From: Owenia fusiformis
Lineage: Eukaryota
Length of the DNA stretch: 64,000 bases
Reading direction: 5' to 3'
Assembly (NCBI GenBank): GCA_903813345.2
Contig: CAIIXF020000001.1
Coordinates: 7,068,001-7,132,000 of the forward strand
Shown: one piece after another, positions 41,127 to 52,100 of the stretch
Layout: every line of letters begins with the position of its first letter
How positions within the stretch are numbered: position 1 is the first letter of the stretch
Notes under the pieces: generated by a model
What the model was told of the DNA's origin: nothing
Database searches by the model: none
What the model saw: the letters and a program-made list of their open reading frames with translations, nothing else
Translations under genes and position numbers: made by a program

Positions 41127-41344
41127 CAGGCCCGTAGCCAGGGGGGGGGGGTTCGCAGGGTTCGGGCGAACCTCCCCCCCCCCTGGCCAAAAATTCTTTC
41201 AAAATCATGCAGTTTTTCACCATTTTGAGCACTTTTCAAGTGATTTTAGCCATATTTGGGGCAAAATTGTCAAATGTGAACCCCCCCTGGAAATTTTTGA
41301 AAATTGAACCCCCCCCCCCTTGGCAAATCCTGGCTACGGGCCTG
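41127..41344. mobile_element. MITE CAGGCCCGTAGCCAGG...CCTGGCTACGGGCCTG with 5-bp TSD CTATG
   Basis: 16-bp perfect TIR with G/C homopolymer runs inside. CTATG is at 41122-26 and 41345-49. A related degenerate copy lies at ~60180-60345. Confidence 0.88.
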
Positions 41345-42248
41345 CTATGTCCCGATCTCATGCACATTTACGTTGCAAACGGCTCCTGTTGATGCTTTGA
41401 GGTGTCCTCAATTGTCATTTTATCCGAAAGTAAACATTATCTTGTAGACTTAGGCTAGACACGGGCTTTCAGATCATATATGCATTTTAGTCATTAAATT
41501 GATAATCTTGAACGCTAGATTATACGTGTTTCTAGGGTAACAAATTGAAATTAATATGAACACGTTAATGATAGGCAATACAACCCCTTGAATGATCTAA
41601 TTCACTCCTGTCTTCAAAGACCGATCATTTGAAATGTTTTGTGCAAAACATTATCATGCCACGACTTGAGAGCATTTTGTTCTTCACGATGTACATTTTG
41701 GACATACCAAATATGATCATTTGTTTCGCTCATATCATTTTAGAATGTTATCAAAAGTACCCTAATCAATTTTACAACGTCAAAAAATATTGGGAGAAAA
41801 GTATGCTAAATGGGGCAATTATAATACCTGGTCCCAATACATGCATAACAATGCAATTGAACTTAAAATAATGGTAAGCTTATATGTAGGCTAGTGTGTG
41901 TATGTATGTATATCTTTATTGCCCTTTATGAAAAGGAGATCATACATGTATACAGTGTACAATGAAAATAATGCTGAGATAACATTAATGTTAAATGAAC
42001 ATAGAATAAAAATATATACAATAATATAAAACACACTTTATACGACTACGTTAGATGAGTGCTAACCATCTTCCCCAAGGTCGATGTAAGCATCTCATCT
42101 AATGAACCACAGACGATATAAGATGCTACCGCTACCTCATCGTCCAATTACAACCCTCAATGAGATCATTTATGCAGAGATCATAATTGAAAAAGTAAAA
42201 AAGGTTAGGTTAAGAAAGGTTAAGTATGTACATACACTTTTATACATT

Positions 42249-44643
42249 CACGCGGTAGTATCTCTTCGGGACGTATCGAAACCACTCCGTCCCGAAAAAC
42301 CGTTAATTTGAATTTAAAACCTACCCCGGTGTTTGAAAATCAAGGATTGTGAGTCTCACACTTCACCGTTTTTCTTCGAACTTGTTCCGTACAAAGCTTC
42401 ACAGAAATACCTTTCAGTCGATACATTGTTTTCGTGTACAAAGTACCTCGTTTTAGCGGCGTTTTGGTCCCCAGCTGTGAGATAAAGCAAATTTTCATAA
42501 CTTTCAACTGTAAGTCAAGTTATCTCGCCAGTCTTTTACCCATTCTCGCCCATAATTTCAGAATGGACTCCCATTACAACCTTCCATCGCTACGTCTTGA
42601 TTTTTGGGCATCAAACTCAGCAGTTTCTAAATCATCCACACATCTCTTCAAATTTGACCAATACGTCCCGTCATCTTCCACTACGCCCCGCCGAGTCTAT
42701 CACTATACACGTAGAGTTGCATTCTAAAACAATTTGTCCATCGATGTGTCCATTTGTAGGTTGCCATTGTCGATTCTAAATACCAATCGGATTGTGTTTT
42801 AAGATTTACCCATTCTTGTTCATTTTCAATATACCTAGGCCTATAATAGGGTGGTCCAAAATCTCCCTAAAATTTAGATTTCCCGATATTGCAATATAAA
42901 GATTTTAATATTACTGAACAATTGAAAATATTTTTAAGAAACGTTTAAAGTGCCCTATCCTTGAAAAAATGTTAAAATGCGAAAGGATGGGTGATGTCAA
43001 TTATATTATTTTCAGCATAACGTTAGAAACATGTATCATTTTATATGGTACACGTTTCATAATGTAATCCAATGGAATCATACAGAAGAAAGGTTGACAC
43101 ACAACAGTTAAAATCTTTATATTACATTATCAGACCAAGTCAGTAGATGTTGTTTATATACCAATTAGTGTTGTATGATGATGCATTCTTTATATGAATC
43201 TAGAAACGTTTTTGTGGCAATTGCTCAATTTTGATAACATCTCCGTTATTTTGAAATTAAGCGTGGCAAAGTTTCCCGATGGATTTAGCTAAAAAAAGTG
43301 GTGTCTGTAGGGTTATTGAAAATCATACATGATGAAGAAAAAATACATATTCCTGAAATACAACAGTTTAATTTTGAGTTATAAACCATTTATGAAAACC
43401 ATAACCATAATCCCCAGGGGACCATAATTTCTTTCACACCGGCTTTGTTAGTACTTTGCCTTGGATGTCATACAGTACATTTACACTGTGACATGGTGAT
43501 GAACTTAGAAAATATGTATAGTCATGACAAAATGTTCTTTGTGATATAATATTGTATAGTATCATTCTGATACGTATTACATGTTTATGTTTAGTGCATA
43601 AAATTCATAGCCAGATCAATAATTCGGAGAGAATACGCTGGACGATAGAATATTAAAAACTATAAAAACATTCTTCATAGAATTAAGCAAATAGTGTTAT
43701 TATCATTTAAGTAGTAACTGCATATGTTTAAAACCACTCTGTTTAAATACAGGTAAATAAATAAATATGATGCAATGAAAATTGAAGCTTTCTGTCGAGA
43801 GCAATAGTCATCACAATAGTATAGCGTTTTTTCTTTTACATGTTACTTTTTGTACATCATTGATTGATCCGCTCTAATCTGCCCTCGGCCGATAATTTAT
43901 AAATTATTTATGTTGAACATTAGCATAACAAGATTCCAGATTTTATTGTGTTTCAAACCAGACACTTGGTTTCCTCACAAAATCAAATACAGGACAATTA
44001 CATATAATTAAAGTTAAAAAGCAACATCTTCACAAACATTTAAATTATCAATTTCATGCAATCAGTTATAGTTATACTCCGTATGTATGCTAAACTTAAG
44101 ACTGGTGTTAAGAATCGACCAAGGCAAACCTCTGTAAAATTACACAACGATGAACAAAATGTTTTAGAATACAACTCCACGTTTGTAGTCATAGACTCGG
44201 TGGGGCGTAGTGGAAGGTAACGGGACGTTTTAGTCAAATTTTAAGAGATGTGTGGATGATTTAGAAACTGCTGCGTTTGATGCCCAAAAATCAAAACCGT
44301 AGCGATGGAAGGTTGTAATGGGAGTCCATTCTGAAATTATGAGCGAGAATGGGTAAAAGACTGGCGAGATAACTTGACTTACAGTTGAAAGTTATGAAAA
44401 TTTGCTTTATCTCGCAGATGGGGACCAAAACGCCGCTAAAACGAGGTACTTTGTACACGAAAACAATGTATCGACTGAAAGGTATTTCTGTGAAGCTTTG
44501 TACGGAACAAGTTTGAAGAAAAACGGTGAAGTGTGAGAATCACAATCCTTGATTTTCAAACACTGGGGTAGGTTTTAAATTCAAATTAACGGTTTTTCGG
44601 GACGGAGTGGTTTCGATACGTCCCGAAGAGATACTACCGCGTG
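42249..44643. mobile_element. 2.4-kb non-autonomous DNA transposon (family D) with ~540-bp TIRs, CACGCGG ends, 5-bp TSD ACATT
   Basis: 42249-~42790 is the reverse complement of ~44100-44643. ACATT is at 42244-48 and 44644-48. The TIR shares ~190 bp with family C. The AT-rich interior has no recognisable ORF. Confidence 0.95.
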
Positions 44644-44748
44644 ACATTATATAATACACTTATCTCATTAGTTGAGTGCAAACCATCCAGTAGGCTATAA
44701 GGGCTACGTTAACATGACAATCTAGTGGAATCTCACTTGAAAACTCAC

Positions 44749-45113
44749 TTGAGAGTAATCAGTGACTGGAATAGTCTCCCAGAGAACGTCATAAGTTCAG
44801 ACTCTATCACCACCTTCAAAACGAGGCTCGACAAATTCTGGTCAGAAAAACACTACACCATAGTATAGCACGGCGGAACAACAGCGCGCACCCTTGAAGT
44901 ACTGCAACAAGAAGACCAGTCTGCAAGTCTGATCTTTGGGGTCTATGCTTAACCTAGCTCACCTGTCAAACTTAAAGTGTCTTGGACCAGGTGGTTCAAA
45001 TGATTAAAATATCACGATCAGTTTTTAGCTGATAAAATATAAAAAGAGCTTAGCGACAACAGGCACACAAGCCTAACAGCTACAGTACCAAATGATGATG
45101 ATGATGATGATGA
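44749..45113 (+). mobile_element. 5'-truncated CR1/L2-group LINE: ORF2 C-terminus, 3' UTR and (ATG)n tail
   Basis: 44749-44868 translates LRVISDWNSLPENVISSDSITTFKTRLDKFWSEKHYTIV*, the RVxxxWNxLP...FKxRLD C-terminal motif of CR1-type ORF2. An (ATG)7 tail lies at 45092-45113. Confidence 0.88.
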
Positions 45114-45319
45114 AGAGAGTCTTTGTAACCCGCCATATTTCTATCAGTTTTTTCTTAGCAAAAACAGACACAAGTCGTAAAATGAAAAAGATAATAATTA
45201 AGGGTCTAAGGTACTGTTTTTGTGTTTGATTTACTATTTCTTGGGCATCCAAGATGGCGGAAGTGCGTTGGTGACGTCACAAGATGTTATTCCGTCATAA
45301 ATAATCTTCGGCAAATGTT

Positions 45320-45738
45320 TACGCGGTACTAACTTCGACCGATAATTTGAATTTTTCACCTACCAGGTGCTTGAAAATCAAGGATACCGAGTCTCATCAG
45401 CATACTGCACCGTTTTTCTTCAAACTTAAGCCTATACCATTTAAAGCAAAACAAAATTGCCTGTCTGTCGGTGCATTACTTTATTGTAAAGAGTCCCTCG
45501 TTCTAGCAGCGTTTTGGTCCCCAGCTGTTAGAAGGCCTTCTTACAGCTGGGGACCAAAATGCCGCTGGAAGTAGGAACTCTGTTTAAGAGAATAATGTAC
45601 CATCAGAAAGGGATTTTTGTTATGCTTTGAATGGAACAAGTTTGAAGAAAAACGGTGCAGTAGAGACTCGTAATCCTTGATTTTCAAACATCCGGTAGGT
45701 CAAAAATTCAAATTAACGGTCGAAAATAGGACCGCGTG
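45320..45738 (+). mobile_element. Family C MITE copy 3, 5-bp TSD ATGTT
   Basis: (C>T)ACGCGGTACTAACTTCGACC...GGACCGCGTG, with ATGTT at 45315-19 and 45739-43. Confidence 0.94.
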
Positions 45739-46341
45739 ATGTTGCCCCGTACCAAATTTGAAGTAAATTGGATGAGGAATAAAAAAGTTATGACCAAATT
45801 ACCATATTTCCAAATCACTAAATGCAACGTTTTACATGGTAAAAATGAGCACTTTAAAATTCAATGGAGTTCTCCAAGCGTCCCTTACATAAAAAGGAAA
45901 AAGAAAAATCATTTATTATTGTAACATGTATTTTTCATATCAATTTTTGAATTATCCGTGTTTTGATATATAACATGGTATGTATCATGTTAAAAGCATT
46001 GTTCAAGAGTCTCCCGAAAAATAGATGTATCATTTCTAGCTGGTATTTTTGTAAATGACATGAGATCGGGACTACGATTATCATCTCATTAATTATCGCA
46101 ATCATTGCGACGTCGCAGCTTCAATGCTCATGCGATGTCCTTGCGACGTCGCAGCGTATGCGACCGCGTCCTGTCAATCGTATAGTCACACTTACATTTC
46201 CTTAATCAGTTTTCGAAGTTAGTTCTCTTCACCTCGGACAAACATGATATTCCAAGTCACATTTTATAACTCCTTAGCGTATCGAATATCTATAAACCTA
46301 CATATACTCGTATATACCTGCATACACAGTGTTATATCTTA

Positions 46342-47149
46342 CCCCCCTATCACACCAAACTAGTTCTTACCCGTTCTTGCCAGACCTACGAAAACGTCGT
46401 AAAACGGGCTCAATCTGACTGTGGTCGGGAAATATGTCTAAAATAATTAGCTACTGCGTTCATAAACAGTCTTCAATACGTCCATCTCATTCGCAGTTCG
46501 TTCAGGTCGCACCACATCGGTGTACAACGTCGTATAACGCGTCCCTTAGTCTAGAAGGTCATCATGACCTGATTACAGGACGGTATGGTCGCCATCGAAT
46601 GTTGAATCGATTCAAAATTCTAAAATAACCTTCCCGTCTGAGAACGTTCATGAAGTTCGTAAATAGACCTTAGGAAGTTGCAGTTACGTTCATTCCGTTC
46701 GCACACAGTTTAAAACCAGTTTTGAAGAACGCAGTGGCAACCTGTTTGGTGTGATAGCTATATTTTTGCTAACTCGTTCATAAGCAGTCTTAAATACGTT
46801 TTTTATCAGTTTAAACCCGTTTGCAATTAGTTCAACCTCGTTTTCAATACGTCCTGAAACAGTTCAACTCGTTGTTAAAACGTCCCTAGTAGGATTGGAG
46901 TACGACGGTTCCGTTCGTAGTGCGTCCGGCTCGTCGTTAGTACGTTGTCACTCGTTCTAATTGTAGAACGTATCGACCACGAAAAAATTTTGAGCGTGTT
47001 CTAAGTTCTAGAGGACCTACCCGTTCGAGTACGTTCGATGACGTTTGTAAATAGACCCCAAACGGTTCTAAGTACGTCCAGTTCGTTCGTACACAGTTGA
47101 AGCCCGTTTTCGAGAACGTAGTGAAAACTAGTTTGGTGTGATAGTAGGG
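46342..47149 (+). mobile_element. TIR element CCCCCCTATCACACCAAACTAG...CTAGTTTGGTGTGATAGTAGGG with 3-bp TSD TTA
   Basis: TTA is at 46339-41 and 47150-52. An extra internal TIR-like tttggtgtgatag sits at ~46745. The interior is CpG-rich. Confidence 0.88.
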
Positions 47150-47216
47150 TTACAAAACGATGTACGCAGGTGAAACCCTTCCGTATCATTGGCATCATTC
47201 AACGAATAACTCACAA

Positions 47217-48660
47217 CCCTTCTATCACACCAAACTAATTCTCAACCGTTCTTTCCATCCTTACAAAACGTCGTAAAACGTGCTAAATCTAGCTGTGTTC
47301 TAGGGAAATATGTCTAAAATAAGTAGCTACTTCGTTCAGAAACAGTCTTCAATACGCCCATCTCATTCACTGTTCGTTCAGGTCGAACCATGTCGGTGTG
47401 AAAACGTAATGCAATTGATATCCGATTGCGCGTAAAAACGCGTCCCTAGTGGGATCGAAGTACTGCAATTATGTTCCTAGTCTAGTCAGGCATCTTGGTA
47501 GAAGTACGTTGTCACACGATCAAATTACAGAACGGATTGGTCGCCATCGAATTTTGAAATGGTTCAAAATTCCAAATCACTTTCCCTTCAGCGAGCACGT
47601 CCATGAAGTTGGTAAATAGACCATAGAACGTTCAGCTACGTTCGTTCCGTTCGCCCCCCTTACCCCCCTATCACACCAAACTAGTTCTCAACCGTTCTTC
47701 CCAGTCATACGAAAAAGTCGTAAAACGGGCTAAATCTGGAATGTGTCTAAAATAATTAGCATCGTTCATAAAACAGTCTTCAATACGTCCATCTCATTCG
47801 CAGTTCGTTCAGATCGCACCATGTCGGTGTACACACGTATTGCAATTGATATCCGATTGCATGTAACGTTGTATAACGCGTCCCTAGTAGGATTGAAGTA
47901 CAGCAATTACGTTCCTGGTCTAGTAGGTCATCTCGTTTGAAGTACATTGTCACACGATCTGATTACAGAACGGTATGGTCGCCATCGAATTTTGAACCAT
48001 TTCACCTTCCCGTCTGAGAACGTTCATGAAGTTCGAAAATAGACCTTAGAAAGTTGCAGCTACGTTCATTCCGTTCGCACACAGTTTAAAACCAGTTTTG
48101 AAGAACACTTGGCAACGCCTGTTTAGTGTGATAGCTATATCTTTGCTAACTCGTTCATAAGCAGTCTTTAATACGTTCTTAATCAGTTTAAACCCGTTTG
48201 CAATTAGTTCTACCTCGTTATCAATACGTCCTCAGACAGTTCAACTCGTTGTGAAAACGTTCCTAGTAGGATTGAAGTACGACGGTTCCGTTCGTAGTAC
48301 GTCCAGCTCGTCGTTAGTACGTTGTCACTCGTTCTAATTGTAGAACGTGATGACCACGGGAACATTTTGAGCATGTTCTAAGTTCTAGAGGACCTACCTG
48401 TTCGTGTACGTTCAATGAAGTTTGTAAATAGACCCCAAACGGTTCTAAGTACGTCCAGTCTGTTCGTACACATTTGAAGCCCGTTTTCGAGAACGTAGTA
48501 GTGAGAACTAGTTTGGTGAGATAGTAGGGTTATATCCTGATTGCAATAATACCCAGTGGGATGTGTTCTGTCATCAGTCACGCCCGACTGCACAACGTAG
48601 TAATACGTCCCTAGTAGGATTAAAATACGACAGTTCCATCCGTTCGTAGATGACCATGAA
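47217..48660 (+). mobile_element. Nested copies of the same TTA-TSD family: older copy from 47217, interrupted by a full copy at 47663-48529
   Basis: The second terminus ccccctatcacaccaaactag at 47663 has TTA at 47660-62 and 48530-32. Family-like sequence resumes at 48590-48660. Confidence 0.82.
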
Positions 48661-49021
48661 CAAAAAAGTCCTACATCCAACATACATTAAAGAATGGGAT
48701 AATGATACCCTAAGGCTACTCTATATAGAACGTTTGATTTTTGAGTAATCAATTGCTGAGAAAACACTTGTCAAAAACTGATTCATTTTTATGGGACACC
48801 CGATATATCATCTTTACTACTCTAACACTCTCTTTACTTTTCATATTTTAAATGCTAACTTGTTTGTTACCACTGTTTTTCACATTGCAACCATAATATG
48901 ATGTCCAAACAATGCAATGAGGAACCTAACTTATATTTTTCATGCCTCAGCTAAAGTCGATGACTTTGTATGGCTAGTTTTATTTCTCTCTTACTGTCAT
49001 ACATGGTTTATTGGATTTCAG

Positions 49022-50087
49022 GCAGTTAGATAAAGCCATTGCTACAATTGATGCACTGTCCGATATAGTGACTGCAGTAGAAGGGCATTGTGATGTTTAT
49101 GTAGACGGAGGTGTGAGACACGGCTCTGACGTTCTCACGGTGACCAAGTGGAGATTGTCCCGGACGTGTTTTTTCAAACGATTTAGACGTGTTGTTGGAA
49201 AACTTGAGAGGTAGGTTGATAAATTTGGTAATGAAATTGCTATTAATACATATTTCTGGCATTTTTGGTATATATAATTGCGAGTACTATGAAGTGTGAT
49301 GGAATGATTGCCAAAATAGATACATGGGAATGAAGAAGAACATCTTAGGTAGATGTCAAGTAATGTTAGTTTGTAAAATATAGAATATTCTTACCTTCTT
49401 GCTCCATTCTAACGAATGGCATATTCCATGTTCTTACAAAACACGTCTAAATCGTTTGAAAAAACACGTCTGGAACAATTTCCATTGTTAAGACTTGAGC
49501 ACCGTGGTTCTGAAAGCTTCTGGGAACAAAATAAAGATCATTTTCTATATTATACTAAAATATTGCTCCATGTAGCCTACGATACCATATTGAACTGAAT
49601 GTAGAGTTTTGTATATACAACTATTTTTGATGTTCAGAGTATTGGTTATCAGTTCTTATTTTTATTCTTCAACATGTTGTGGGAGGGGTACTAAAAAATG
49701 TTTCTTTTCACGTTAGATCCTGGTTTGGGATAGTTGGGGTTTGTTTTCTTTGTTATCTTTTTTTGCTATGTTCTGGATACTTGTGGTCCTTCCATTTGGC
49801 AATTGTACATTCATACAGTAAATGTACATAATGTACATTTCTATATAATATAAGTATTTCAAATGTGTATTGTGCATACTTTAACATGTTAATGTTTTAT
49901 TTCAGGAGCAAGTATGGTGTTCATAGGGAGACCTGCACTCTGGGGTTTAGCCGCTGCTGGTGAAACCGGGGTGAAGAGGGTGCTTGAGATATCGAGGGAT
50001 GAGTTAAGTGAAGCCATGACACTGATTGAATGTGCAACAATAAGTGAAATTAACAACGGTCTGGTGGCGAAAAAGGCGCACCTCTAA
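49022..50087 (+). pseudogene. HAO1: Hydroxyacid (glycolate) oxidase, FMN-dependent alpha-hydroxy acid oxidase; last two exons only, disrupted
   Basis: Exon from 49022 (after tttcAG): [38 protein letters not shown], then a transposon, then LKA. Exon 49906-50087 (after ttttatttcAG): GASMVFIGRPALWGLAAAGETGVKRVLEISRDELSEAMTLIEC...HL*. RQLD, DGGVR and GRP are family motifs. The LALG segment and donor are damaged and no 5' exons were seen. HAO1 versus HAO2 orthology cannot be resolved. Confidence 0.85.
49136..49506. mobile_element. 371-bp MITE (family E), CACGGTG heptamer ends, 5-bp TSD GTTCT, inserted in the HAO exon
   Basis: TIRs of ~60 bp. GTTCT is at 49131-35 and 49507-11. Removing the element plus one TSD restores GAC GTT CTG AAA GCT (DVLKA). 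Confidence 0.93.
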
Positions 50088-50661
50088 TAGATAACATACA
50101 CCAGGGTCAACAATTATTGTCACATTGCTTATTGAACATACTGTTGCAAATCTATTTATAAGATCGCATCACATCACAATGTCTACAGTTTTCACACATA
50201 GTCGTACAGATGTATAAGTATGTGGGAACCATGTATCGTATATTTATGGTCGCGTGATATTTTCGTTACAGTTGAATATGCCATACTCTTCTGTGGAAGA
50301 TGCGATACTCGCCTGCGATATACGGCATATCCGCAGTTGAGATATTCTGTAAGTGAAAACGTGAAACAGACAGCCACGATTTGATTGATCGAGAGAAAAT
50401 ACTTTAAACGTAAAACTATGCTTGGCCTGGATTACCTGTATTAGTGTTTCGAACATTTAAATATGAATCCTGGAGAGATTAAGTATAAAGTTTATTTCAA
50501 TTTTTAATATCAGAAATGAATAAATTGTGATTGCCAATACCATGATAAATTAGTACCTGTGATTTTATACGTTTTGTGTCTGGTCTTTATTGACTGTCGA
50601 TTTGGCTAAAATTTAAAAGTCACTCATAATATCCACGAACGTACATATACCAAGGGCGTTA

Positions 50662-52100
50662 CAATACCCGGGAATTTATCGGTTCGTGCAGTACGTGTTT
50701 GTGATAGCGCCCTCTGTAGGTCACTGTGCTTATAGCCTACAGTAATACGGGGTAGGATATCGGGAATTCGGTCAGTTTCTATCCGTCGATTTCGCTATGA
50801 ATTGAAGCAAGTGTGACCACTTTATCCACTTAACTAATTTGATAATTGATTAAATCTTTAAACAAAATCGATAAACACGTTATACACTTCCTATCTCCTT
50901 AGAAATTAGCATGTATTTATGGATTGTGTTTTCGAACAAGGCTCGACCCAGACCAATAGGAAAATCCTTATGCTAATAAGTATGACGTCATATTTTCCTG
51001 GGGAATTCTAGATTTCAAAGCCTCCCAGTCTGTTATATTATTGTGTCAAATGTAAACGCTCTTTTGCAGACAGAAAATTGACAGATTAGCTTTTAACTTT
51101 CAGCTTTATAATGTTACTTGATTTGGACCATTGCCTGATTGATCATTCTGAAATTTTGATTGTGATTCATGACTGATTGGCAAGAAAAATAATTCCTATT
51201 GTTTTCCAGCGAAGTCAAAATGTTACAGCATGAGTTATAATGTCGAGTTTGCATCATGTTAAATTCTGCTAGTGATTAGAAGTCCATGCACAAGCATACA
51301 CATAAGAGACAAACACACCCAGGCTCCAGGCCGTGGATGGAAATATAAAACTATTTAAGGCACAAACTGGTATTAATAGACCGATATGTAGTGTCTGCCA
51401 TGTATTGAAGGTAAACCAATCTGCATTATTAATGCTTCTTCTATCAATACATGGATTGTGCAATGGAAAAGCAATGGCACAATCAAAAATGTGCATATCA
51501 ATCGTGAATATCTCTCGGTTCAAAGCTTATTTCCAACAGAATCGTGTCAAAATATGTGTCTGAGTAACAGTTATACATTATAAGATCGCAAACTCTTACC
51601 AATTATCAGCCGAATGGCTCATTTTCAACGAAATGTCCTTAAGACAACAGCCCTGGGTCGCGCCTGAGACCAAAAACTATTTCAAATAGCCCTCTCCTAA
51701 TTATATTGGATAATCACAAGGAGGATTGGCTCCCAGGATCGAAACTCGATATTTTCCAACAATGAAATCGTCGAAATGTCGTTATTTTCTGAAATTATAA
51801 CCAACTATAAATTCAAAATAAACAGTCCAAAAGATTCGAACCAATATCTCGATCATTTCTCCTGAGTTTTGGAATTTTTCGTTCGGAAACAAGACCAAAA
51901 TTCACGATTCAAATGCTGAAGTGAACAAAATGGTGGCTGTTTGAATTCAAATTTTGTATCACGACATGCCCATATATGGGACAGAATATCGATGTTGCAC
52001 TCTGGGAGCCAATCCTCCTTGGGATAATCACATTTATGCGTGCGCGCGCAGCTCATCCACTGAACGAAACGCCACTTCCCGCTGAAATCACCGGGTATTG
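50662..52100. mobile_element. Probable 1.4-kb TIR element (CAATACCCGG...CCGGGTATTG)
   Basis: caatacccgggaatttatcgg versus the reverse complement caatacccggtgatttcagcgg. No TSD is visible. Confidence 0.5.
51717..52021. mobile_element. MITE with 20-bp TIR and 9-bp TSD GGATAATCA (Mutator/MULE-like)
   Basis: CAAGGAGGATTGGCTCCCAG...CTGGGAGCCAATCCTCCTTG, with GGATAATCA at 51708-16 and 52022-30. Confidence 0.92.

Noticed and set aside
42790-44100. Interior of the 2.4-kb element as a transposase remnant
   Set aside because: I could see no long ORF or DDE/RAG1/Transib motifs by eye.
49011-49214. ORF-track 67-aa protein as an intact gene, or GT at 49140 as a true donor
   Set aside because: The C-terminal part is MITE sequence. 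The GT lies inside the TIR and its phase 0 is incompatible with the phase-1 start of the next exon.
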